Shown here piece by piece: positions 36,899 to 46,141 of a stretch of DNA of 64,000 bases; positions within the stretch are counted from its first letter, which is position 1, and the number at the start of each line of letters is the position of its first letter. A program made the translations under genes and the position numbers. Under the pieces are notes generated by a model. The model did no database searches, had not been told where the DNA came from, and saw only the letters and a program-made list of their open reading frames with translations. Origin of the DNA: Candidatus Gastranaerophilales bacterium (GTDB taxonomy: Bacteria > Cyanobacteriota > Vampirovibrionia > Gastranaerophilales > Gastranaerophilaceae); contig CAJOKJ010000014.1 in NCBI GenBank assembly GCA_905235155.1, positions 247 through 64,246 on the forward strand. Direction: 5' to 3'.

Positions 36899-36970
36899 GT
36901 TAAAAATTCCTCTAAATTATAGAATAATTATACATAATAAAGATTTTAATGCCATATCTTTACAAATAAT

Positions 36971-38125
36971 TTATATATTTAAATCTTTCATAACTTCACT
37001 TATCATATAAAGTGAACCGCATATTACTGTAATTCCGTTAAAATCAGGTAATTTGCCATTAAATTCTTTTGACGGATATTTGCATGCAGAAGATAATTCT
37101 TCATAAGTTGCAGAGTTTTGATGATTAAAATGATTAAAATATATTTCATCATCTTCTTTAAAAAGAAGGTTTATCATTTCGGGATAATTTTTGTTTCTTA
37201 AACAGCCAAAAATAAACCTTTTATTAATATTTTTAAAATAAATATCAAGATTTTCTCTTAACACCTTTATACCGTTTGGGTTATGTCCTCCATCAATTAA
37301 TATTTTTTTATCTTCAAAATATTCAAATCGACCGTGATGAACAACGTGTTTTAATGCTTTTTGGATAATATTTCTATCTAAATTAGGCAATAATGTATCA
37401 ACCACAGTCAATGCAAGATTAAGATTTTCTTTCTGATAATTTCCTTTTAAGCTAACATCTGTATAATTAAAATTTTTTGCCAAATACAATTGCTCACTAT
37501 TTGTATGCGACTTAATAACTTCAAAACCTTTATTGTTTTTATCAACAACAACCGGACAATAAGGTTTTATAATACCGCTTTTTTCTTCTGCAATTTTTTC
37601 TATCGTATCGCCTAAACGTTCTGTATGGTCAAGATCAATAGTTGTTATAACAGAACATATAGGATTTTTAATAACATTAGTGGAATCGTATTTTCCGCCC
37701 AAACCAACTTCTATAACAGCATAATCAACATTGTTTTCAGCAAAATATTCATACATAACAGCAGTTAATATTTCAAATTCTGTCAAATGAAGGTTATTTT
37801 TTTCTGATAAATCTTGTATTTTGAATATTTTTTCTGCAAAAATATCTGTTGGAATTTCTTTTTCGTTAATTTTTATACGTTCTGTATATCTAAAAAGATG
37901 AGGACTTGTAAAAAGTCCTGTTTTAAATCCTGCTTCTGTCAATATCGTACTTATAAATGCACAAACAGAACCTTTGCCGTTAGTTCCTGCAACATGAATA
38001 CATTTTAATCTGTCTTGCGGATTGTTTATTATTTTTAAAATAGCAAAAATTCTTTCCAGACCTAAATTTATATAAAATTTATCTTGAGAAGTTAATAATT
38101 TTACTGCTTTTTCATAATTATTCAT
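36971..38125 (-). CDS. folC: Folylpolyglutamate synthase / dihydrofolate synthase
   Basis: Mur-ligase fold P-loop HVAGTNGKGSV, with DYAVIEVGLGGKYDSTN. Confidence 0.85.
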   Translation of the reverse strand: MNNYEKAVKLLTSQDKFYINLGLERIFAILKIINNPQDRLKCIHVAGTNGKGSVCAFISTILTEAGFKTGLFTSPHLFRYTERIKINEKEIPTDIFAEKIFKIQDLSEKNNLHLTEFEILTAVMYEYFAENNVDYAVIEVGLGGKYDSTNVIKNPICSVITTIDLDHTERLGDTIEKIAEEKSGIIKPYCPVVVDKNNKGFEVIKSHTNSEQLYLAKNFNYTDVSLKGNYQKENLNLALTVVDTLLPNLDRNIIQKALKHVVHHGRFEYFEDKKILIDGGHNPNGIKVLRENLDIYFKNINKRFIFGCLRNKNYPEMINLLFKEDDEIYFNHFNHQNSATYEELSSACKYPSKEFNGKLPDFNGITVICGSLYMISEVMKDLNI

Positions 38126-39251
38126 GTGAAGCCACTTTTTTTAATTGTTCTACTATTTTTTCAGTTGCATTTAATTTTGCCAAACTTCTTGTATTTTGTT
38201 GGATTGTTAATAGATTTTCCGGATTAGAAAGTAATTCTTCTATTTTTGCAAATAAATTTTCAGCATTTGTTTCTTCATCTTCCAAGTATAAACAAGCGTT
38301 TTTATTTAAAAGTGATTTTGCATTTTTTCTTTGGTGATCTGCCGCAGCGTACGGATATGGAATTAAAATCGGTGCGATACCGCAGGCACAAATTTCGGAT
38401 AAGCTTAATGAACCTGCTCTTGAAACTGCTATATCAGATGCTTTTAAAACCTCTGTCATATTATCAAAATACGGTTTTACTGTTAAATTCATATTTTGTT
38501 CGTATTCAGGGTAATGTTCTTTTAACATTGAAACTGTATATTCATAATGTTTAGCTCCTGTTTGAAAGATAATTTGAACGTTATATTTTTCAAAGATTTG
38601 TTTTAAACATCCGACTGTTGCTTCATCAATTGATTTTGCACCTTGAGAACCGCCCATTATACAAATTGTTGTTTTATTTTCGAGATTTAGAGATGCTCTG
38701 GCACTTTCTTTTGTTAAGGTTGCAAATTCTTCCCTAATAGGATTGCCATTTACGTTTATATTATCATTTTTAATATTTTTAACAGAATCTTCAAATGCAA
38801 CTGATACTGTTTTTGCCATTGGTGCTACAAATCTTGAAACAATACCGGGTTGTGCATCGCAATCGTGTATCATATATGGAGTTTTCTTTATATTTGAAGC
38901 AAATAATGCCGGAGCAGAAACATAACCTCCTGTACCCAGTATTGCATCAGGTTTGTATCTCCACAAATAATACAATGCTTTCCAATTTGCAAGTTCAAGT
39001 TGAATACCCCATTTAATGAATGAAAATCCTATTTTTCTCGGCATTCCTGTAACCTTAATAGGTAAAAATTTAAAACGAGCTTTTTTTACTATTTGATATT
39101 CCATGTTATCAGGATTTCCAATGTAGTATATTTCTTTTGTTGTTTCATCTTTTCTAAGTGCTTCGGCAACTGCTATTGCAGGATAAATATGACCGCCGGT
39201 GCCTCCGCCTGTTATAAAATAAGTATATTTTTTATTACAAGAATCTGACAT
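38118..39251 (-). CDS. murG: UDP-N-acetylglucosamine--N-acetylmuramyl-(pentapeptide) pyrophosphoryl-undecaprenol GlcNAc transferase
   Basis: ITGGGTGGHIYPAIAVA, GGSQGA, and position in the dcw cluster. Confidence 0.92.
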   Translation of the reverse strand: MSDSCNKKYTYFITGGGTGGHIYPAIAVAEALRKDETTKEIYYIGNPDNMEYQIVKKARFKFLPIKVTGMPRKIGFSFIKWGIQLELANWKALYYLWRYKPDAILGTGGYVSAPALFASNIKKTPYMIHDCDAQPGIVSRFVAPMAKTVSVAFEDSVKNIKNDNINVNGNPIREEFATLTKESARASLNLENKTTICIMGGSQGAKSIDEATVGCLKQIFEKYNVQIIFQTGAKHYEYTVSMLKEHYPEYEQNMNLTVKPYFDNMTEVLKASDIAVSRAGSLSLSEICACGIAPILIPYPYAAADHQRKNAKSLLNKNACLYLEDEETNAENLFAKIEELLSNPENLLTIQQNTRSLAKLNATEKIVEQLKKVASHE

Positions 39252-40440
39252 TTGATTTAACCCTTATTTTTTTTACACGTTTTTTTGATATATTTAATAA
39301 AACACCTATCATCCAAAGTGATACCATTAATGATGAACCGCCATAACTTATGAAAGGAAGCGGAACACCTGTTGCCGGTAAAAATGAAGTTGCAACCGAA
39401 ATATTTAAAAAGGCTTGAAAACCTATTGAAAAAGTTATTCCGACAGCAAGTAATTTACCGTACATATCGGGACAACGAGAAGCTATTATTAATCCTCTGT
39501 GAATTAATGTCCAAAATAATCCTATAACAAGAATACAACCAACCCAGCCTAATTCTTCACCAATAACTGCATAAATAAAGTCTGTATGTGATTCAGGAAG
39601 CCAATATAATTTTTGTTTTGAATTTCCAAATCCTACACCCCAGAAATTTCCTGTCGCAAATGCTGTTAATGCTTGTATAATTTGGTAGCCTGATGTTAAA
39701 GCGTATTGTTCGGGATTTAACCATGTTGTTATACGAGTTAGCTGATATGGTTTAATTATAAAAGATAACCCGTTAAGTGCCGTTGTAATCATTGTTACAC
39801 CAAAAGCAAAACCTGCTGTACCAAGTGTTATTACTAATTTTAAAGGTCCGCCTGCACTTAACCACATGATTAAAGAGGTCATTCCCAGCAAAATAACCAT
39901 ACTTAAGTTAGGTTGTTTGAAAATTAATCCAAGCATTATAAAGACGGGTAAAAAATATACAGACCACTTGCTTGCATCTCTTATTTTTGCATTTTTGTAA
40001 AATGCACTTGACATTAAAAGTACGACCGCAAATTTTGCAAATTCGGAAGGCTGTAAATTTGTAAATCCTATATTTAACCACCGTCTTGATTCATTTACTG
40101 TTACTCCGAGAGGTGTAAATGCAACCAGCAATAAACCTACAATAACTGCAATTGTTATTGGCATTGTCCATAGTACAAGATTTTTATAATCGTAATTTAT
40201 AAAAAATTTCATGCCTATAATGCCGATTACAAGAAAAAATAATTGAAATAGTGCAAAGCGTGCAGGATTTTGACCTAATTCCATACATTTAGGGGCACTT
40301 GCAGAAAATATTGAAATTATGCCTATTGTAATCAAAAACGCAACAACCACCATCACTGTCCTATCCGGCGGTGTTAAAATAATACTTTGTCTTGGTGTAT
40401 ATGGAATATTTTTTTCAGGATTATACTTTTGATAAGACAT
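39235..40440 (-). CDS. ftsW: SEDS-family peptidoglycan glycosyltransferase FtsW/RodA/SpoVE
   Basis: 10-TM SEDS pattern, ...PESHTDFIYAVIGEELG..., ...PLPFISYGGSS.... Start trimmed to MSYQKYN (40440), overlapping the murD stop by 20 nt. Confidence 0.88.
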   Translation of the reverse strand: MSYQKYNPEKNIPYTPRQSIILTPPDRTVMVVVAFLITIGIISIFSASAPKCMELGQNPARFALFQLFFLVIGIIGMKFFINYDYKNLVLWTMPITIAVIVGLLLVAFTPLGVTVNESRRWLNIGFTNLQPSEFAKFAVVLLMSSAFYKNAKIRDASKWSVYFLPVFIMLGLIFKQPNLSMVILLGMTSLIMWLSAGGPLKLVITLGTAGFAFGVTMITTALNGLSFIIKPYQLTRITTWLNPEQYALTSGYQIIQALTAFATGNFWGVGFGNSKQKLYWLPESHTDFIYAVIGEELGWVGCILVIGLFWTLIHRGLIIASRCPDMYGKLLAVGITFSIGFQAFLNISVATSFLPATGVPLPFISYGGSSLMVSLWMIGVLLNISKKRVKKIRVKSNVRFL

Positions 40441-41773
40441 ATTCTTTAAATATTTTTCCTCGTTCTTCGTAACCGCTGAACATATCAAAACTTGCACAAG
40501 CAGGTGAAAGTAGTACTACATCAGGATTTAAAGATAGACCCTTATCAATTGCACTTTGCAATGTTTCTTCAAAAATTATATGTTCAAATCCGTTTTGTTT
40601 TAAATTTTCTTCAAAACGTTTTCCTGCTTCACCAATTAGGACAACTGTCTTGACGTGATTTTTAACAGCTTCGCAAAATTCTTTTAAATCAGTATTTTTA
40701 TCTCTGCCACCTGCAATTAATACAACATTTTTGTCGTTAAACGAATTAATTGCAACTATTGCAGATTCAGGATTTGTTGCTTTTGAATCATTATAAAATT
40801 CGGTATTACCGACTTTAGTAACATATTCAAGTCTGTGTTCAGGAACTTTAAAAGACATTATTGCTTTTCTAATATTTTCATTAGAAACACCTTCTATTTT
40901 GGCAACAATTATCGAACACATTACATTTTGGTAATTATGATGACCAATTAAAGGACATTCTTCAAGCGTTATTATTTCCTCTGTTTTACCTTTTCTTGTA
41001 AAATAAATTTTTCCGTCTTCTATGTAGCAGCAATTGTCTTCAACTTTTTTGTCAAATAAAAATACATTTGAAACACAAGTTTTTGAAAATTCTAATAATT
41101 TTTCATCATTACCATTAAATACAGCAAAAGCAGGTAATTGAGGAAATTTAAATATTTTTGCTTTTGCATTAAAATAATTTTCTAAACCTTCATGCCAGTC
41201 AATATGGTCAGGAGTAAAGTTTGTCCAACAAGCAATTTGAGGTTGGAAAGAATTACTTGTTTCAAGTTGAAATGAACTTACCTCGCAAACAAAATAATCT
41301 AATTCGTTATCACTTAACAATTCACAAGGTGGAACTCCGTAATTTCCGCAAGGTTCTGCTTTATATTCCTCATTTAAAATATGTGCAGTAAGAGCAACCG
41401 TTGTTGTTTTACCGTTAGTACCGGTTATTGCAATAAATGGTTTTCTGCTTTCTGAATATGCAAGTTCAATTTCTGATATAACAGGAACATTTGCTTCTTT
41501 TAATCGTTTAAATATTTCATTTTTCGGTGGAATACCCGGACTTGTAACTGCAAGATAACTGTCATTTATAAATTCGTCAGAATGACCGCCCATTTCTACT
41601 TTTATATCAAAACTTTTTAATTCTTCAATTAAATCTTTATCTTCAGACTTTTCTTCTCGGCTTTCTGTTATATAAACATTAGCACATTTACTGCTTAAAT
41701 ACTTTGCAGCTGCAATACCGCTTTTTGATAATCCCAATATCAAAACTTTTTTATCATACCAATTTTTCTTCAT
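40421..41773 (-). CDS. murD: UDP-N-acetylmuramoylalanine--D-glutamate ligase
   Basis: VLILGLSKSGIAAAKYL Rossmann start, ITGTNGKTTT P-loop, dcw context. Confidence 0.92.
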   Translation of the reverse strand: MKKNWYDKKVLILGLSKSGIAAAKYLSSKCANVYITESREEKSEDKDLIEELKSFDIKVEMGGHSDEFINDSYLAVTSPGIPPKNEIFKRLKEANVPVISEIELAYSESRKPFIAITGTNGKTTTVALTAHILNEEYKAEPCGNYGVPPCELLSDNELDYFVCEVSSFQLETSNSFQPQIACWTNFTPDHIDWHEGLENYFNAKAKIFKFPQLPAFAVFNGNDEKLLEFSKTCVSNVFLFDKKVEDNCCYIEDGKIYFTRKGKTEEIITLEECPLIGHHNYQNVMCSIIVAKIEGVSNENIRKAIMSFKVPEHRLEYVTKVGNTEFYNDSKATNPESAIVAINSFNDKNVVLIAGGRDKNTDLKEFCEAVKNHVKTVVLIGEAGKRFEENLKQNGFEHIIFEETLQSAIDKGLSLNPDVVLLSPACASFDMFSGYEERGKIFKEYVLSKV

Positions 41774-42753
41774 TAGATTAATCCTTTAAAATATAAACAA
41801 AATAATACGACAGAAATTATTGAAAATAAAGTTGAAACGAGTGCAAAAGTTATTACAATTTTATTTTCACTCCAGCCTAAAAGTTCAAAATGATGGTGAA
41901 TTGGAGCCATTTTAAAGACTCTTTTTCCGGTTAATTTAAAACTTGTAACCTGAATAATAACAGATAATGTTTCACAGATGAATACCATTGCAATTAAAAC
42001 AAGTAATAATTCAAATTTGCCCATAATTGCAACTGTTCCAAGTAAGCCGCCCAAAGCAAGAGAACCTGTATCACCCATAAATACTTGTGCTTTTGATTTA
42101 TTATATTTTAGAAAGCCTACCAATGCTCCTGCGGTTGCTGCTGAAATTATTGAAACAGATGTATAACCGCTTAATCCTGCAACTACTGCACAAGCCAAAA
42201 ATGAAGGAATACCGCAACTTGATGCTAAACCGTCAAGTCCGTCTGTCAAATTGAAAGCATTTGATGCTCCGATTATTATAAAAACGGCAAATACAGGATA
42301 AAACCACATTAAATCAATGTAATGATATGCAAAAGATATTCTTGTAAACTGTTCTCCGCATAAAACTATAAATATAGCCGGTAATAATGCAATAACGATT
42401 TGTCTTATTAATTTTCCTCTTGGTGTTAAACCTTGATTTTCATGACCTTTCAATTTTAAATAGTCATCTTGAAAACCTGCTAAAGTATAGAAAAATAATG
42501 TTATTAGCGTTATAAATCCAAATGAATTAAGTTGTTGTGCCAGTGCCAGTACAATAATTGAAGCTAAAATTATTGCTGCAATTATAAAAACACCACCTGT
42601 TGTTGGAGTACCCTGTTTTTGTTTGTGTGCTTCCGGTGCTAAATCAAGAACATATTGTCCGATAGTTTTTTTCTTTAAAAAATCTATATACGGAACACCA
42701 AACAACAAGCATAAAATTAATCCCAAAATAAATGCTATTGTTGTCATTATCAT
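41773..42753 (-). CDS. mraY: Phospho-N-acetylmuramoyl-pentapeptide transferase
   Basis: GFQDDYLK, NAFNLTDGLDGLA, FMGDTGSLALGG, APIHHHFE motifs. Confidence 0.95.
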   Translation of the reverse strand: MIMTTIAFILGLILCLLFGVPYIDFLKKKTIGQYVLDLAPEAHKQKQGTPTTGGVFIIAAIILASIIVLALAQQLNSFGFITLITLFFYTLAGFQDDYLKLKGHENQGLTPRGKLIRQIVIALLPAIFIVLCGEQFTRISFAYHYIDLMWFYPVFAVFIIIGASNAFNLTDGLDGLASSCGIPSFLACAVVAGLSGYTSVSIISAATAGALVGFLKYNKSKAQVFMGDTGSLALGGLLGTVAIMGKFELLLVLIAMVFICETLSVIIQVTSFKLTGKRVFKMAPIHHHFELLGWSENKIVITFALVSTLFSIISVVLFCLYFKGLI

Positions 42754-44096
42754 AAGTTTTCTCCTTTCAGCCCGTTGAAAATTTCTTCAAATTTCATTGA
42801 ACGAGATGCCTTTAGAAATATTGTTTTATCTTTTTCAATATTATTTTTTATATATTCAACCGCTTGAGAATTTTCTTCAAAGGAAACTGCAAACATTCCT
42901 TTTTCTTTAACTGTTTCAGCAATTTCTTTTGCAAGATTTCCAACAGTAATTATTTTAACATGATTATTTTCATCAAGTTTATCTAAGATAAAATCACCAA
43001 TTTGCTTGTGATAAAAAATTTCATCCTGTCCTAATTCGCCCATATTACCTAAAACAAGCACAGAATTAGGATATAATTCCAAAACTGTTGATAATGCGGC
43101 TTTCATAGAATCAGGATTTGCGTTATAAGCATCATTTATAACTTTATAACCGCTAACATCTTCTATTTGCCAGCGTTTTTCAATAGGCATATAAATTTTT
43201 AAACCATCATTTATTTTTTCAGGTGTAATACCAAGTTTCAAACCTGCTTCAATTACAGCAAGTGAATTTTCCACATTATAATCACCTTCTATATTAAGTT
43301 GATAATTTTCATCTTTATAAGAAAATTTTGTTTTACCTATTTGCTTTTCTTGAAAGTCAACATCTTTTATAGAAAAATATATCTTTTCTCCGTTAAATTC
43401 AACTGTTTTTTTTATTAAATCGCTATCGTGGGCGATAAATGTACCATTAGGTTTTTGATATTTACAAATTTCGCATTTCGCTTTTGCAATATTTTCTCTG
43501 CTTCCCAAACGTCCGATATGAGAAGTTCCGACATTTGTAATAATTGTTATATCAGGATTTGAATACTTTGAGAGTAATTCAATTTCGCCTAAACCTCTCA
43601 TACCCATTTCAAGAATTAGAACTTGAGTATCTTTCGGCATTGAAAGTATTGTCTGGCATGTTCCGACTTCGTTATTGTGATTTAGAGGGGTTGAGAATGT
43701 TCTGAATTGTTGTTTACAAACACATGTCAGCATTTCTTTTGTAGTAGTTTTGCCTGAACTTCCTGTCAGAGCAATAACTTTTGGTGAAATTTTATTTAAA
43801 CATAATTTTGCGAGTTGCAAATATGCAATTATTGGATTTTCAATTTGTAAAACCAAATCTGCACCGTCTAAAACTGTGCCTTGAGTTGTAAAATATGCTT
43901 TTGCACCTGCTTCTATTGCCTTTGGTATAAATTTTTCACCGTCAAAATTTTCTCCCTTCAAGCCGATATAAACATTTTCGTAATTAATTGTTCTGGTATC
44001 GGTTGAAATAGAGAATTTTTTACCTTGAGCGTTATTTTTTAAAATCTTTGCATTTGTTGCAAATATCAGTTCTTCTGTCGTGAAATTCATATTCAA
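42750..44096 (-). CDS. murF: UDP-N-acetylmuramoyl-tripeptide--D-alanyl-D-alanine ligase
   Basis: LTGSSGKTTTKEM P-loop, DAYNANPDSM, dcw context. Confidence 0.9.
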   Translation of the reverse strand: MNMNFTTEELIFATNAKILKNNAQGKKFSISTDTRTINYENVYIGLKGENFDGEKFIPKAIEAGAKAYFTTQGTVLDGADLVLQIENPIIAYLQLAKLCLNKISPKVIALTGSSGKTTTKEMLTCVCKQQFRTFSTPLNHNNEVGTCQTILSMPKDTQVLILEMGMRGLGEIELLSKYSNPDITIITNVGTSHIGRLGSRENIAKAKCEICKYQKPNGTFIAHDSDLIKKTVEFNGEKIYFSIKDVDFQEKQIGKTKFSYKDENYQLNIEGDYNVENSLAVIEAGLKLGITPEKINDGLKIYMPIEKRWQIEDVSGYKVINDAYNANPDSMKAALSTVLELYPNSVLVLGNMGELGQDEIFYHKQIGDFILDKLDENNHVKIITVGNLAKEIAETVKEKGMFAVSFEENSQAVEYIKNNIEKDKTIFLKASRSMKFEEIFNGLKGENL

Positions 44097-44099
44097 ACC

Positions 44100-44942
44100 T
44101 TATGCTTGAGTTAAATCATCTAAGAATGTCGGAAGTGCAAATCTTGCCATGTGATAATCTTTGTTATAGATTTTGCATTGTTTTGTAATTTCTTCGCAAC
44201 GTTTTTCATCAATATATGACAACGGTTCAACCGTTTCGGAACAAAATGCCCAAGCCCAGTATCCACCGGGGTATGTTGGTATTGGTGATGTATAACTGCT
44301 TACTATTGGGAATACTTTTTTAAGTAAACTGTACATGTGTTTAATTTCATCTTCGTTTGCAACAGGACTTTCTGATTGTGCAACCATTATGCCGCCTTTT
44401 TTCAAAGATTCTTTTACATTTGTATAAAATTCTTCGGTAAATAATCCGACACCGGGTCCCATAGGGTCTGTTGAGTCAATTAAAATTATATCAAACATAT
44501 CTTTTTTATCTTTGATATATTCAATTGCGTCTTCAACTTTTATTTCAACTTTTGGATTATCAAGTTCACAAGCTATTGTTGGCAAATATTTTTTTGAAAC
44601 TTCTATAACCATATCGCAAAGAACAACTTTTTCAACAGTTTTGTGTTTCAAAACTTCTCTAACCGTACCGCCGTCACCGCCACCAATTACAAGAACTGTT
44701 TTAGGGCAAGGGTGGTTCATCATTGGAATATGAGCAATCATTTCGTGATAAAAATATTCATCGCCTTCCGTTGCCATCATTAAATCATCAAGTGTTAAGA
44801 TTTTACCTAATTTTGAATCTGATTGTAAAATTTCAACTTTTTGATATTTTGAATATTCCGAAAATAAAACTTCTTTTAGCTTGATAGCAATACCAAAACC
44901 TGAAGGTGTTATTTCTTTATAATATAATTCTTCTTCTGCCAC
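44100..44942 (-). CDS. Spermidine-synthase-family (aminopropyltransferase-fold) protein, paralog 1
   Basis: GGGDGGTVRE and IDSTDPMGPG are canonical, but the dcSAM-ribose-binding loop is 3 aa short (VVLCDM---VIEVSKKYLP versus the usual C-E-I-D-x-x-V). Stop lies 3 nt before the murF start. Confidence 0.8.
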   Translation of the reverse strand: MAEEELYYKEITPSGFGIAIKLKEVLFSEYSKYQKVEILQSDSKLGKILTLDDLMMATEGDEYFYHEMIAHIPMMNHPCPKTVLVIGGGDGGTVREVLKHKTVEKVVLCDMVIEVSKKYLPTIACELDNPKVEIKVEDAIEYIKDKKDMFDIILIDSTDPMGPGVGLFTEEFYTNVKESLKKGGIMVAQSESPVANEDEIKHMYSLLKKVFPIVSSYTSPIPTYPGGYWAWAFCSETVEPLSYIDEKRCEEITKQCKIYNKDYHMARFALPTFLDDLTQA

Positions 44943-44959
44943 TTTTTATTTTCCTTTCT

Positions 44960-45805
44960 TTATATTAAATCGTCTAATAGTGTTTCTTGTTCTAATCTTT
45001 GTTCTGCGTATTTTTTTGTAAATAATTTACAGTTTTTAACTACATCTTCATATCTTTGTTCATCATAATTATCAAGCGGATTTACGTTATCCGAGCAAAA
45101 TACCCAAGCCCAACAGCTTCCGGGATATGTTGGTACGGGTGAAGTATATGTTTTTACTATTTCAAAATTTTTCAATAAACTTTCATATAAAGTTTTGCTT
45201 TTTTGTTCATTAGCAACAGGACTTTCCGATTGCATTACAATAATACCGTCTTCATTCAAAAGTCTTTTTAAATTTTGATAAACTTCGCTTGTATATTCGC
45301 CAACCCCAGGACCTAAAGGGTCTGGAGAAGTTATAAGAATAACATCAAATTTTTTGTCTGTTTGTTTTATATAATCAAAAGCATCCGTTATTTCAACTTT
45401 AACTCTTTGGTCATTTAGGCAACCTGCAATGTTAGGTAAGTATTCTTTGCAAGTATTTACAACAACTTCATCAATATCAACGACTACAACATGTTCTACC
45501 GATTTATGTTTTAGAATTTCCTTTGTTGCTGCTCCTGTTCCGCCACCGATAATTAGGATGTTTCGGGGGTTTTTGTGGCTTAGTAAAGGTAAGTGCGTAA
45601 TCATTTCGTTGTAGTGATAAGCATCACCTTCTGTTACAAACATCAAATCATTAAGAGTTAATATTCTACCCAAAGAAGAGTCTGTTTCAAGCACTTCTAC
45701 CTTCTGGTATTTTGACTGTGTGGAAAATAAAATCTTTTTAATTTTAATGGCAATACCAAAACCTGAAGGTGTTATTTCTCTGTAATAATTTTGTTCATCT
45801 ACCAT
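44960..45805 (-). CDS. Spermidine-synthase-family protein, paralog 2 (catalytic Asp residues substituted)
   Basis: Same fold and length as paralog 1, but GGGDGG is GGGTGA and D-S-x-D-P is T-S-P-D-P. The VDIDEVV loop is intact. Confidence 0.75.
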   Translation of the reverse strand: MVDEQNYYREITPSGFGIAIKIKKILFSTQSKYQKVEVLETDSSLGRILTLNDLMFVTEGDAYHYNEMITHLPLLSHKNPRNILIIGGGTGAATKEILKHKSVEHVVVVDIDEVVVNTCKEYLPNIAGCLNDQRVKVEITDAFDYIKQTDKKFDVILITSPDPLGPGVGEYTSEVYQNLKRLLNEDGIIVMQSESPVANEQKSKTLYESLLKNFEIVKTYTSPVPTYPGSCWAWVFCSDNVNPLDNYDEQRYEDVVKNCKLFTKKYAEQRLEQETLLDDLI

Positions 45806-45811
45806 AATTAA

Positions 45812-46141
45812 TTATCCTAATTTTTCGGTTAATTTACCCGATAAAATATGTACGTGTAAATGGAAAACAGTTTGACCTGCACCTGTACCTGTGTTCATAA
45901 TCGTTCTGTAATCAGTTAAACCAAGCTTATTTGCGGTTGCTTTTACACCTTTTAGCAATTTTACCATAAGTTCTTCATCTTCCAATTCTGCAAGTGATGC
46001 AACATGAGTTTTTGGAATTACAAGAACGTGAGTATCTGCTTGAGGATGAAGGTCATTAATTGCAATTACGGCATCGTCCTCATATACAAATTTACTTGGT
46101 ATTTCTTTATTAATTATTTTACAAAAAATGCAATCACTCAT
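45812..46141 (-). CDS. HIT-family (histidine triad) nucleotide hydrolase
   Basis: CIFCKII ... HLHVHIL triad. Start overlaps the proS stop (TAATG). Confidence 0.9.
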   Translation of the reverse strand: MSDCIFCKIINKEIPSKFVYEDDAVIAINDLHPQADTHVLVIPKTHVASLAELEDEELMVKLLKGVKATANKLGLTDYRTIMNTGTGAGQTVFHLHVHILSGKLTEKLG

